From Octopus vulgaris (taxonomy: Eukaryota): a DNA stretch of 64,000 bases. Below, piece by piece: positions 26,673 through 40,289 of this stretch. Position 1 is the first letter of the stretch. Each line of letters begins with the position of its first letter. Where the stretch lies: assembly GCA_951406725.2 (NCBI GenBank), contig OX597820.1, positions 28,272,001 to 28,336,000 of the forward strand, read 5' to 3'. The notes below the pieces were generated by a model, which was not told where the DNA came from, did no database searches, and was given only the letters and a program-made list of their open reading frames with translations. The translations under genes were made by a program, and so were the position numbers.

Positions 26673-27169
26673 ATATGCATGTATATATATACATATATAT
26701 ATGTAGGTATGTACATATATGTATGCCTATATGCATATATTTATATATTATATACTATATATATATATATAGCAACACAAACACTCATACACACTTAAGT
26801 ACATCCCCTGGCACGTACATTTATACTCCCGGTTCGCGCTTGCATTACCTTACTTTGTTCGCACACTCAGGCGAAACGCACTCTGTTCAAAGAGATTATT
26901 AAACATACCACATACACGTTAGCTACTTCATCTTTTATGTTCGGAAAATGCAGTTTATTGACATACTTGTAAAGCGTGCTATGCACATACCAGTAATCGT
27001 TATTCATGCGATATAACCCTCAACTGTTTCAAGACCATGCAGCGCACTCATAATATTGTCTAAAACATGCATTTTTCCTTCATGAAACTATATATATATA
27101 TATATATATGTGCGTACGTGTGTGTGTGTGCGTGTTTATGTGTATGTATGTGTGTATTTTACGTGGCTT

Positions 27170-27498
27170 AAAAAGGTCAATAAAATAAGTACCAGTTAAA
27201 CACTGGGGTCGATGTAATCGACTCATCCCTTCTCCCAAAATGACGGATGTTGTGGCAAAATTTGAAACCATTACTATTATGATTATTAAGACGGTGAGCT
27301 GGCAAAATCGCTGCAGCGCCGAGCAAAATTCTTAGCGGTATTCCGCCCGTCCCTGCGTTGTGAGCTCAAATTCCGCCGTGAGCGACTTTGCCTTTCACCG
27401 TTTCGAGGAGCGATAAGTCAAGTACTAGTGAAACACTGGGGTGGGTATAATCGACTCATGCCCACCTCCCTCAAGCTACCCTTGAGGCAAAACCTTGA

Positions 27499-27500
<2 letters not shown>
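27170..27500 (+). mobile_element. SINE family B tail plus a diverged full copy
   Basis: gagctggcaaaatcg...caaattccgccg...gactttgcctttca, with a (TAA)n tail. Confidence 0.8.
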
Positions 27501-27578
<78 letters not shown>

Positions 27579-27666
27579 CATATTATTATTATTATTGTTA
27601 TTGTTAATATAAGTAGTAGTAGTAGTAGTAGTAGTGGCAGCAGCAGCAGCAACAGTAGTAGTAGTA

Positions 27667-27712
<46 letters not shown>

Positions 27713-27950
27713 AAGCAGCAGCATTTGTAGCAGCAGCAGGAGCTGTAACATGAACATGGCGAGCAGGCAGAATCGTTACACGCCGGACAAAATGCTGAGG
27801 TTAAGCTGCTTTTGGTCCTCATTTCAAACACTACTCCTATAAGCTTGCACTCATATTGCTACGAGGTTGACAAAATTAAGTTCCGTTCGAATAATTTGGA
27901 CGAAACTCACACGACATTGTAAAGCTGTTCCGCTGGCACGACTCTATGAA

Positions 27951-28042
<92 letters not shown>

Positions 28043-28070
28043 CATAGAGTCGTGCCAGCGGATCTTTGTC

Positions 28071-28124
<54 letters not shown>

Positions 28125-28321
28125 GCATACATATATATCCTATAAAGGATGATGTTACTATATATATATATGTGTGTGTATATATATGCATACATATATA
28201 TCCTATAAAGGATGATGTTACTATTGTTATAGTCCCCGGGAAATATCTTTTCAAGCTGGCTATCGGCAGGCAGTTTGGTTCCGCATAGCATTCGCTTCGC
28301 TCTTGGGGATTACGTGATACA

Positions 28322-28362
28322 CACAGACCCGGGTTTCTAGGTGGTTAACTGTCCTCAGTGTG
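28322..28362 (-). ncRNA. Type I hammerhead ribozyme with palindromic stem III
   Basis: rc CACA CTGAGGA cAG-ttaaccac-CTa GAAA CCCGGG TC TGTG: canonical core, GUC site, weak stem II. Confidence 0.75.
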
Positions 28363-28774
28363 AGACAATCACTAGTTAGTGACAAAGAAAAAAAACCTTT
28401 CTGCACTCGCAGATGTTATATATGTCTGAGGCGTCACATAGTTGCTGATCTCGTGTAGAGAAAACAACTTGTTTTAAATCTCTGAGTGAGAGATACATTG
28501 TAAGAGTATCAAATGGTTATGTTTATATGCCAACAGAAGGACGATGCTGTTGTTGGTATGGCCCAAGGAAAACAGCTTTCCCGGCTGGCTGTCACACGCT
28601 ACACACCTTCCTTCCAAGCACTGCCTCAAACTGCGGAACCGCGGTAGGAATTTTAAAACTGAGTGTGCGTGCAGAGCAGAGTTTAGTGTCAATCTTTATC
28701 AAGCAGCTTCACTCTGCATGAATTGGCTTCGTTACTATAGCAACATCCCGGATACTTAGTGATCATACGCCGTA

Positions 28775-28863
<89 letters not shown>

Positions 28864-29213
28864 TACAACTCAGCACAGACTTACAAACCAGTTAATAACT
28901 GTATACACACACGCAAGCATACTTCAATAGCCAGTTATCTAGTACGTGTCTATTTATATAAGATAAATGTATGTAAAATGCACTGCACTCTGTGCAATAT
29001 TAATTCCATCATGAGAGTTTGTAGTTTCAGCTGTTGTACACCTAAATGATAGGCTAAAATGATTAGCAGCATTGCACTTAAAGAAGTGCAGAATGTCAAT
29101 AATGCAACTGGCAATATTACTTACAAATGGAATAGCATCAATAATGCATTTAGTGTTAAGTACATTATAAAAGAACGACAGTGAGCAACATCGTATCTGA
29201 ATAATAATAGTAG

Positions 29214-29309
<96 letters not shown>

Positions 29310-32287
29310 CGACGACGACGAAGATGACGATGCTAATATCTGAATTATACATTTTCTTTTCGGATTTTCTTCTTATTAACTGAGATGTAGTTAGTCGATT
29401 GATGACTCAATCGATCTCCGAAATATGGATTTTCTTGGCACGCCTCAAGAATTCAGATCTATTGTGAATGTGAGATACCTCAAAGACATAGCCTTTGTGT
29501 CTAGCATAATATTTATATCTGTGAACTGATTTCAAACTGGCCCTCAGAAATTGTACTGAATAGTAATGCAAACAATTATATCTTTCGGTGCATTAAACAT
29601 CAAACTGCTGTTACTTTCCTTCTGAGGCACAATATTTGTATACTTTGAGAAAAAGATGAATATGTAGTTATAGGTCTCAATGATTAAAAGTGAGTTGCAT
29701 TTGTAATGGAAAAGAAATAACTGCAAATATAAGGGTGTATACTTTATAAATTTCCTTTCCATGAATTTACCATTTGCTGTATAATGATACAGTACTCGTC
29801 TATGGTTCTCTTGTAGTTTACTAGCAGTTTAATACCAAATGTCATTATAATTTCACGGTAGGGTTTGGTCAAGTAGATTGCAATGTAATAGAACATCATT
29901 TTATTGCGCCCACACGCTGGCATACACGTATGTACAAATTATAGTCAATTTTTTAATTATAAAATTTTATACAATACTCGTATGCTTCTTTTCGACATAG
30001 GTCGCATTTCCACTAAAACTTAAAACGGTTAGACCCGAACAGAAAATCGTCCGGCAATTGCCATTTGAATAGAAACTTTGTTTTCACTATAAAACACATA
30101 TTGCTAGGTGTGTACCACCTCCTTGAGACCCAGCTGAACTCCAGCTGGAAAATATAGAATACCTCATAAGTAATATAAACGTCCTAAATTCAGTGGCAGC
30201 GTTAATGAAGATGTCACGTGTTAATTTATTTTTATTAATTTATATCGAACTATACATAAATAATTAATTCCTATCGAACTATATATAAATATATACAAGA
30301 GCTACACAGATATAAGAGTTAGAACTTGTGATCCGCCGAATGCCTTCTTTCATTTTGGAAATTTTTGCCCGCCGCACTAAAATGTTTCCCTACCCCTGTA
30401 ATAGAAGTTTGTATCCAACCTTCCTTCTTTTCACTATATCAGTATTGCTTTCCAGATTTGCATGAACAAAAATCCTTTCCATTTGCGTTATACGAAAACG
30501 ATAAGATTGTATTCTTTGTAAAACTGTCACTGTTTGGCAGATTCATATGTGCTTAAGAAGGTTATTGGACAGAGATGACATGTATCTAGCTATTTCTGAT
30601 TGTCAACAGCAGTTGTAAGAAATAGAGTAAAGGTCGAATGAGGCTGCAACATTTTCGTGAGATAGACGTCGAAGTGTGCTGGCGAGTTAATACTTGCCAC
30701 CCTTTTTGTATACCGCCTAGAACGTGTGCTTGTGTAGAAATACTAACATAGAAATATAACAAATATGGGGTAGTCTTGGCTGAAATGATATGACTAATGA
30801 ATCAGGGTTAACGTCAACGAAACAACAGCGTAGCTGTTATTCCGATATGGAATATCGATGAGTGAAGATTATTAATTTCATAAATCATAAATCATTGCTT
30901 CTAAATACGAGCGCTTACTTCGATTTAAGCGAAAAGCGTAAAGCGCGAAAAATCTCATACTGTTTTTAATCACTGTGTTTAGCGGGAAAGAAATCATTAT
31001 AAATGTATATTTGTGTCTGTTACATGTTACATGTTAATATTTCAGTATTTTCTGAAAAACAAATTAACTATCACGGGTCTAGAATTAACTGTCAATGAGC
31101 TAATTCTTTCAACCTGTGCTGATTCCTTTTAATTATGCTATCAATGCCTTTAGAAATTAATAGGACATTAACCTGACGATGGCAATAAACTGCTCAAGAA
31201 TGACAAATAAATTCGTGAAGCCTTCCATTTGTTTTCTGTCATGTGGTTTCGAGGTTACAAATTGTCCTTCATACTGTTGGTTCGTGTTCGATTCAAGGTA
31301 TAAGAACGTTAATAATACCTAAAGGCAGAGACCCAGCATATTTTCAGCTGGGAGGAAGAAACGTGTAAAGGAGCAAAAAATAAAAATGATAAAAATATTA
31401 CTTACCAGTTCTTTACTTTGCCCAGTTTAAAGAAAAATCATATCTTCCGATATATTGCCAAAGGTGTTAAAGCAAGTTAGAGCAAATATATTTTTGATAC
31501 AACCCGATAGTTTTATATCACTTTAAATTCATTTCAGTTATTTACTCGCTCAGCATATTTAACAAAGCCATGAAGGCTCCAACAATATTCAATATCCGAT
31601 TCCTACAAATTTTAGGGCTAATTTTGCCATAGTGTTATTTTATCATGCACTAACATGCTTTGTAGAGCAGAAAATAAAGTAAATTGCATAGCTAGACCAC
31701 GAAACAGATTTGATATCCAATCTAAATCGCTATGGTAGCTAAACCATTTCAACAAAAAATAGAACGGCTGAATGACTCATTTCCTACATTTCTTTTCTTC
31801 CTATACTTAAAAAAAAAGAAAATATCCAATATCTTCTATTAGGTTTGAAGACTCCGTAACGAACACTTCCTTCACTATTTTATTAATTCTGTCTGTATTC
31901 TTTAATTAGATTTCTGTATATAATATATTATCGTGTCACTCCAATAACAAGTCTATGTTCTTAAGAAGTTTACTTCGTACAAATGTCGCGTTGACATTAT
32001 GAGAGGTGGTCATCTTCTTTGTTAGCGTAATTTGGTACAGTCAAGTTATTTGAATAATTCATATATGCAGGCACATATATAGTAAATATATTGTAATGGC
32101 ATAACCATTCTAGAAAATTACAAATTCATGCGATTATCTCCCTTTCGCAATCGGAGTCGGCTGTAAATTCCGTCAACCATTTGTTTACCGTTCTCTGGGC
32201 GAACAAGATTTCATTAAATATTATTTCATCTAATTTATCATAAACCGATTTTTCCGATTGTATTATTATTATTATTATTATTATTAT

Positions 32288-32377
<90 letters not shown>

Positions 32378-32379
<2 letters not shown>

Positions 32380-32452
32380 TTCAGGTCACTGTCTGGAATC
32401 GAACTCAGAATCTTGGGGTTAGTAACCAGCGCTTTTAACCACTATGCCATAT
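32378..32452 (-). mobile_element. tRNA-derived head of the 18060-18420 family, followed by a (TAC)n(TAA)n tract
   Basis: rc tggcatagtggttaaaagcg..tactaaccccaagattctgagttcgattccagacagtgacctgaata; A and B boxes are intact. Confidence 0.85.
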
Positions 32453-32490
32453 TTCCACACACACACTCATAAACACACACACACATACAT

Positions 32491-32526
<36 letters not shown>

Positions 32527-32538
32527 ACATACACAAAC

Positions 32539-32570
<32 letters not shown>

Positions 32571-33977
32571 TTAATTAATAATAATAATTCAAGGTTTGAA
32601 TTCATAAATATTTTAATGCATGGCTACGCTTGTTTCCACAAATCGCGTTTTTTGGCGACCATAATCCGCACTCCTGGGATGATTACAATAAATTTCTGAC
32701 ATACATGGGTATCAGGTAATTCTTTGTTTATCGGTTATGCTCGAATGTGTGTGTTTGCGTGGCTGTATATTTGCACACGTACAATGTATATATGCGTGTA
32801 TGTATGTATGTATTAATGCATGTACAATATCTATGTGGAACAGAAAACACAACAGAATAAATAGAAAAATTATTTCATTTCATGCCTGTTTACTTTGAAT
32901 TTCGTATTTTATAACAACATTAAAATAGCTACCAATGAAGCAATTGCAAGTGATATCCCAATATGGCTGTTGTCCAATGACTAAAAACAGTAACTAGAAA
33001 CAATATCTGTATTTATAAGCATTATGTTAATATATTGCTTGAGATTCTAATCGTTTTTGCCCATGTGTTGTTGCCCGCGTTGGTCGATATTCTATTCTAT
33101 TCAGTCAAACTTCGTGTCTTCCATAGTATCTCATTATAGACTGATATTGATTAGATGAAAGTCAAGTCCAAAGATATGATAGCAGAGACGTGTATTTAGG
33201 TGAATGAATCGATTCCTTTACGTGAAAAACGTTTCTTTGTTTTTTTTCTTTCTTCATTTCGCAAAGATGAAGGACGTGGTGTGTCTGGGGGGTCTCTGAT
33301 GTACGATAATGAATTTAAATGTTACTTGGTAATGTTTTGACTACCAAGAAGTGGAACTACTTCTAAACAACTATATTAGACACTTGAAAGAATTTACTTA
33401 TATTACTCTTCTTGGTCAGCTGTGACTTTGATCACACGGAAAACCGTTTAATATAATTACTAGTTCCGTAGTGTAGGGTTGGCTTCACCTCCTATATTCT
33501 TCTAAATAAATAAATAAAACAAGGAACCTCAAGAACAGCGTTGTGGTTCGCTTGCAGCATGGTAGTACAGAACTAGAAAACATAAGGAGATCAGAAGTAA
33601 GGGAAGCTTCTAGCATTGCAAAATGTTTTAAAATCTTTAATATTGTGGGTTCAGAAGAATACAGCCAAAGAAATATGTATTTACGAAGATCCTGCCATTT
33701 CATATAGTTTCCTTATTTCTCAACACTTCTCCACATACAGCGCAACGATGGGACCTCTATGCGTTACATGGTTCGCGTGATATATCAGCAATGTCACTCT
33801 GAAATATTACCCTAACCCTACCGTCTATTTTTCACGGTTTAGGAGGCTGAAAACTAGTAACACCCGTGGATATCTTAAGGACTTCTACCATGTTTATAAC
33901 CATACAGAATTATTCCTCCAAGTATATTGCATATCTCTCTCTGTCTCTCTCTCTGTCTCTCTCTCTCTCTCTCTCAG

Positions 33978-34020
<43 letters not shown>

Positions 34021-34024
34021 AAGT

Positions 34025-34405
34025 GGAGGCGCAATAGCCCAGTGGTTAGGGCAGCGGAATCGCGGTCGTAGGATCGCGGTTTCGACTCCCAGACCGGACG
34101 TTGTGAGTGTTTTTTGAGCGAAAACACCTAAAGCTCCACGAGCCTCCGGCAGGGATGGTGGTGATCCCTGCTGTACTCTTTCACCACAACTTTCTCTCAC
34201 TCTTACTTCCTGTTTCTGTTGTACCTGTATTTCAAAGGGCCGGCCTTGTCACTCTCTGTGTCACGCTGAATATCCCCGAGAACTACGTTAAGGGTCCACG
34301 TGTCTGTGGAGTGCTCAGCCACTTGCACGTTAATTTCATGAGCAGGCTGTTCCGTTGATCGGATCAACCGGAACCCTCATCGTCGTAACCGACGGAGTGC
34401 TTCCC
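34025..34405 (+). mobile_element. tRNA-derived SINE family D inserted in (CTAT)n
   Basis: A-box tagcccagtggtt and B-box-like ggtttcgactcc; CTAT repeats on both sides. Confidence 0.85.
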
Positions 34406-35958
34406 TATCTATCTATCTATCTATCTAAAGCCTGGTACTTATTCTATCGGTCGCTTTTCAAGAACTGCTAAAGACCAGGTAGTAAATCGAGTTGCATTTA
34501 GAATTTAGAAAATGATGTACACATTAGGTAATGTAGCATAGTTACACAAATGTCTAAAACTAAAATTGGGGTGCTTATGGATGGAATGCCTTGATACTTA
34601 ATCTGTTCAGTCAGAACACAAGCGCCTCAAGAACCACTTGTTCCCTTATGTTGATACAATGCACTATTCAAGCCTTTTCTTCATATACTATATTTAATGG
34701 AGTCAGTGACCGTACACCTTCCTGCCCAGTTCTGATGACGCATTATTTTTCATGTGAAAGACAGAGCTGTGGTTTCGTATTTTCTTGTTTTCGCGAACTT
34801 AATCTTGAAACAACGGTCTATTTAACTATCTGAGAGAGGGGACAAATTTACACAACATCACAGCATGCCTATTCATGAGATGGCCCGTGACAAATGTGTA
34901 AGGCGGTAGCCCTATTCCATAACAGACTCCTCGTCAAGCGCTCCCAGTTACGGGTCAAATAGCAGAGGTTCCTGTGGTTAAAGGATGCACTGGGCTAAAT
35001 CAAACCAAGAAGTATTGTCAACTACATATACCTCAATGACACTGAACGCCTGTGCTGAAGCCTCATTTTCAGAAGTTTACTGTCGTACTCCTTGCTTTGT
35101 AAAATTTCTTCAGTTTTGCTTCTTTTTGTTTTTGATTTTTTTTTGTTTTGTTTTGCTTGATTTGCAATATTAATTTTAATAAAATAAATAATTATTTGTA
35201 TAGCAATCAAGTAAGATTCAAATAAACGGGGATTTGTATTGCAATGGTGTAATTGCTTTTCATAATTAACCTTGTATAATGGCTAAATTGTATTGAATTA
35301 AATTGCGTAGGGCTCAGTTGGATATCGATACTCCGTAACGATTCGGTTTTGATGGATATTGTTTTCGATTTGTACCGAAATAGTCGATGAAATAAACAAA
35401 TAATAGTTAACAACTTGTTGCCTGAAAAGTGCTATAAAATTATAGTCATCTGCTCAAATTTGTCAGTACACTAAATATACTTTATATTTTCCGATCGTTA
35501 AGCACTGGAGTTGGTTAAGGTAACAATTGTAGAGTAGAAAAGAAACCGATAAAACATAGATGAGATTCTGAAAAGGGATAACGCAGTTAAATTTAAATCG
35601 AAATGTTAACGATTGTACTCAAAAGTTACGGAATAACAACGACGACAAATTTAGCTACAACTATAAAATATTAAACCAATGAAAATATCTAAGGGCTACG
35701 GCAGAATTTCTGCTCTCTTGACATAAACGATATTATGGTATTGGAACTGCAAACATTGAGATTTCATTCTGAATGAATTTTGATCCAAAAATCAATTCCT
35801 ATTCCATTATGACTGGATTAACGTTGAGTTTTCTATTTCAAAGAATCCATTTAAATATTTGGCGAATATTCACCGACGGCTATTGAAAGAATATAAGAAA
35901 ACTCCAAAGAGATTCGGTTCAAAACGTAATGAGATTTCGAATCCATATTTCCCCATTG

Positions 35959-36035
<77 letters not shown>

Positions 36036-36116
36036 CTTACATATCACATATATGTGTGTATGTATACATATACATATATATATATATATATATATATTGT
36101 ATATATATATACACAT

Positions 36117-36156
<40 letters not shown>

Positions 36157-36199
36157 ATATACATATACATATATGTGTGTGTGTATACATATACATATA

Positions 36200-36250
<51 letters not shown>

Positions 36251-36807
36251 TAGTATACAGAGATATAGATATACATGCATATACATACGTGCAGATATAT
36301 ATTGTGTGGTTTGTGTGTGTGTGCGTGCCTGTTTGTGCTTGTGTTTGTGAGGGTGAAAGAGTGCGTATTTTGGAATGAATATAATTCTTAACATTCTTAT
36401 CGTCCTTATTGATATGTATACTTATACATCTGTATACACACGAAAACATACATACACAGATACATACACGCACACACACGCGCATACATACGCGCGCACA
36501 CACACACTACATGGATTGGGTAGGGATTGTGTTTGCCAATGAAACGGAAGTACTGAATACATAAAGTAGATTGTATATATTATATTACAATCTCAAATAT
36601 ATTGAATCGCTTCTTTGAATTTCACATGACGTTTGCACAAACGATTGACGAAAGTAGTCCGATAATATGTAAGGCAAAATATCCGTAGAAATATTGCAAT
36701 CTTAGTGGTCAGAAAAATATCGTAGAATGGCTAAATAAAATGAACACATACTACATGTATCTTCTTAGTCGTCATGCATAGAACACGGTCTATATTTGTA
36801 TCACTAA

Positions 36808-37170
36808 CCAGCGAGCTGGCAGAAACTTTAGCACACCGGGCGAAATGCTTAGCGGTATTTCGTCTGCCGCTATGTTCTGAGTTCAAATTCCGCCGAGGTC
36901 GACTTTGCCTTTCATCCTTTCGGGGTCGATTAAATAAGTACCAGTTACGCACTGGGGTCGATATAATCAACTTAACCCGTTTGTCTGTCCTTGTTTGTCC
37001 ACTCTGTGTTTAGCCCCTTGTGGATAGAAAAGAAATAGGTATTTCGTCTGCCGCTACGTTCTAAATTCAAATTCCACCGAGGTCGACTTTGCCTTTCATC
37101 GTTTTGGGATCGATCTAATCGATTAATCTCCTCCCCCAAAATTTTGAGCCTTGTGTCTAGAGTAGAAAAG
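36808..37170 (+). mobile_element. SINE family B full copy plus tandem partial copy
   Basis: Homologous to 20020-20244 and 6663-6890. Confidence 0.9.
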
Positions 37171-37181
37171 TATATTTGTGT

Positions 37182-37418
37182 CATCATCAGAATCCCTTAA
37201 CTGATGCGGCCTGTCGTTGGTATTGCACGCTAAACGCTTTCACAGTCAGCCGTCGCAAGTGGTCTCTTTTCTCTGTTATGCGTAGTAGGTTCTATGTGCA
37301 GTGACCTCTCCAGTCACCAGTGTTTTTAAACCAGGATTTTCTCTGTCTTTCTCGCTTTTGCCCTCCCTCAAGTATACTCTGAAGAATGGTTTTACAAAAG
37401 ATATGATGTCTTGATGTT
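37182..37418 (-). mobile_element. RTE-clade LINE 3' end
   Basis: rc translates KTILQSILEGGQKRERQRKSWFKNTGDW..LLRITEKR, an RTE C-terminus, and ends in a TGA-repeat tail. Confidence 0.75.
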
Positions 37419-38334
37419 TTCAGTAGCCCACTAGTCATAGAAACAAAAAAGTGATCGATAGTTTATAATCCTTTTAACTTTATGCACAAAGCCCGAAATT
37501 TTGTTGGGGGGGGGGTAGTCGATTAAATCGACTCCACTGCTCAACGGGTACGCATTTTATTGACCCCAAAATGATGAAAGCCAATGTTCACTTCGGCGAC
37601 ATTTAAACAATATTCCGACAGTATGTTGTCACCTACGCGTTCAAAAGGAAACAAGTAAAGAACACAGAAATACAAGGATTCAAAATATGAACCAGACTAC
37701 CATTTATTTCTTCCGCATTGGAGTTCTCAAATGCTGTCCACACCGCACATTGTTTTACCATAACACCAAAAACAATTATTTCCCTTTATCAACCATTTTT
37801 TTTTTAAGAGACGTCTATGTTGATGACAGTTCACACTTACTTGTAACGTAAGAGCTTACCTCGTTGATAATACACTATTCGCCACTAAAAAAACATCTTT
37901 ATTCCTACAATTCAACAAATTCAAATAACTAAAATTCCACGTTTGACCCATATGGCTGTGGTCAATTTTCACTTGCATGCATATCTGCCTGTGATTGAAA
38001 ACTGTCCAGAAAAGCTCTCATTGGATCAACTGAAAATCCGAACCCATATAAAATTTTACCTTGAGAACAATAAATTTATCTTTTTTCCGAAAGTTAAAGT
38101 TTCAAATGCCAACAGAATCCAAAGACGTCATGCAGAAACAGATTACTCCTAGAAAGCCGACTAAATGTTATGCCTTCTCACATAAATATTCGCAAACATC
38201 TTTGTTAATGAATTCACACCATGTTTTTAAAGAAGTATTCCTGTAAAAATCAAAAGATATTCAGAAAACATTTTCCCAAAACAATCTATCACGTTAGTAA
38301 ATACATTTATCTACGTTAAAACTTTAACCAATAT

Positions 38335-40240
38335 CCAATCATAAATTTTGTCACTTGAAACTTCTTCGTAAGCCGAAATATACTCATCCATGCCCATACT
38401 ACGACGGCGCCCGTATTATCCGTCATTTTAAGTGAATATTTGTTAGCTAGTCACGGAGTGCGTTACGCTGGACGTTTGTGAATTTATTCCAGGTCTTCTT
38501 TATACTTATTTAAATGTTTTCTCTAATGATTGTCTAACAAGATTGAAGAAATTTTAGCAGTATTTGTGAAGGTTGCTCCCGAACTTCATCCGGATGCCAA
38601 TTTAGGTTTTTGCAAACCAGTTATTCCAGATTCGATAACCATTATTGTCAATAAACCTGGGATTATCTGATTTTTCGTTACCATTTTTTTCAAAAAATAT
38701 TCCTTCTTTGTTAGAGCTTGGATTTCCGAAACACTAAGAATTTTGACAAAAAATGAAGTAGCTCAAGGATTATTTCGGTTTATCCGTTGTCACGAGCAGA
38801 AGGAATATGTTTTGAAAAAATGGAAACGAAAAATCAGAAAAACCCAGGTTTATTGAAACTAATGATGATCGAATGTGGCTTAATTGGTTTTCAAAAACCT
38901 AAATTGGCATCAGGATGAAGTTAGGGAGCGACGTTCACAAACACTACTAAAATTTCTTGAATCTTATTAGACAGGCATTTAGAGAAAACCTTTTAACAAG
39001 TATAAGGAAGACCTGGAATAAATTCACAAACGTCCAGCGTAACGCACTCTGTCGACTAGCTAACAATTATTCACTTAAATTGACAAATAATACGGGCGCC
39101 GTCCTAGTATGGGCATGGATGAGTATATTTCGGCTTGCGAAGAAGTTTCGAGTGACAAAATTTATGAGTGGCTATCGGTCAGCCATGCACCAATTAGAGA
39201 GAGTAACTTGACAAAAGAGATTTGGAAAAGGAAGCAAATAATTTCATACATGAGCCTGAAACTAAGATTTTGCTGTTAGAATAAAGAATACCTGTATCTT
39301 AAGGTCTTCCCAAAATGCAGAAAATGCTAAAAAAATTACCTTCATTGCGCCCAATTTGCAGCGGATATTAATGTTGCTCAGCCAAAATTTCGCAGTGGCT
39401 GAAGGGTTTTCTACTCGCTGTAGCCAAAAGATCGAGTGTCTATATTTGGGATGCATTTGATTTTTTGCCCAACCATGGCTTTTGTTTTTCACTAGACCCC
39501 AATGTTGATCTCTGTTGATGGATGGAAGTATACATGAATCCCTTCGAAAAACGCACAAACAAAAGTTTTCTATCTAATTTTCTCTGTAAATTATTGTAGG
39601 CTATGTTACAAAGTAATACGATGAAGTTTAGACAAAATATTTGCCTCGTGATGAGGGTATGCTCCATGGAGCCCCCAGTTTTAATTTTAGGATGAAACGG
39701 ATTTATATTGACATAGAGGATTTCTGGAAACGTGCAAAAGCTTTTCAACGTCATTGTGATAAGCGCGGTTTCAGTGAATCACTATTAAAAGGCATCTCAA
39801 ATGACAAACTTTGATGCTTGATTTTCGCATCGGAAGTAAAATTTGTGATTGAATTGCTTTAGCGATTAACTGGCACCGAAATTGTGCTGGCATTTCAAAA
39901 GTGTTTCATGAATCCTACCAGCATATTTGAGAAAAAAATTTCGTTTGGTTGAAATATACTTCCATCCGCCTATTGTAGTTTTTAGACACCATAAAAATAT
40001 AAGAGAATTATTAACCACTATCTCTAACTCCAAGAAAACTACCACTGGAGTTTCTGAACCCTGCACTTCGAAAAACAGACGCAAGAGGAACGCAAGATAT
40101 TCTCATTCGTATTTTGAATTTCTGTATTTCTACCTTCTTTACATTTTTTTTTATTTTGAACAGGAGAAAGAGAGACATACATTTGAAATATTGTTCATTT
40201 CCATAAACACAGTCAATTCCTATTACAAAACGCATCACGC
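38335..40240 (+). mobile_element. Degenerate Penelope-like element with 5' inverted duplication
   Basis: Motifs resemble PLE RT: NALCRL..GAVLV, GLPKMQK, LRPICSG. Region 38335-38710 is the reverse complement of 38798-39175. Confidence 0.75.
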
Positions 40241-40289
40241 TTAGATGCAAGTCACAACAACATCCCCTTAGACGCAATCTCAACAACAT

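Noticed and set aside
31170-31205. CTGACGA followed by a small stem
   Set aside because: No GAAA, stem III or cleavage triplet follows.
33808-33823. Telomere-like ccctaacccta
   Set aside because: Fewer than two full units; not meaningful.
34730-34775. CTGATGA..GAAA hammerhead-like motif
   Set aside because: Stem III register and NUH site do not fit, and there is no stem I.
40150-40200. gaac..GAAATATT gttc after the 38335-40240 PLE
   Set aside because: The position fits an HHR but the 5' core and stem II are unrecognisable.
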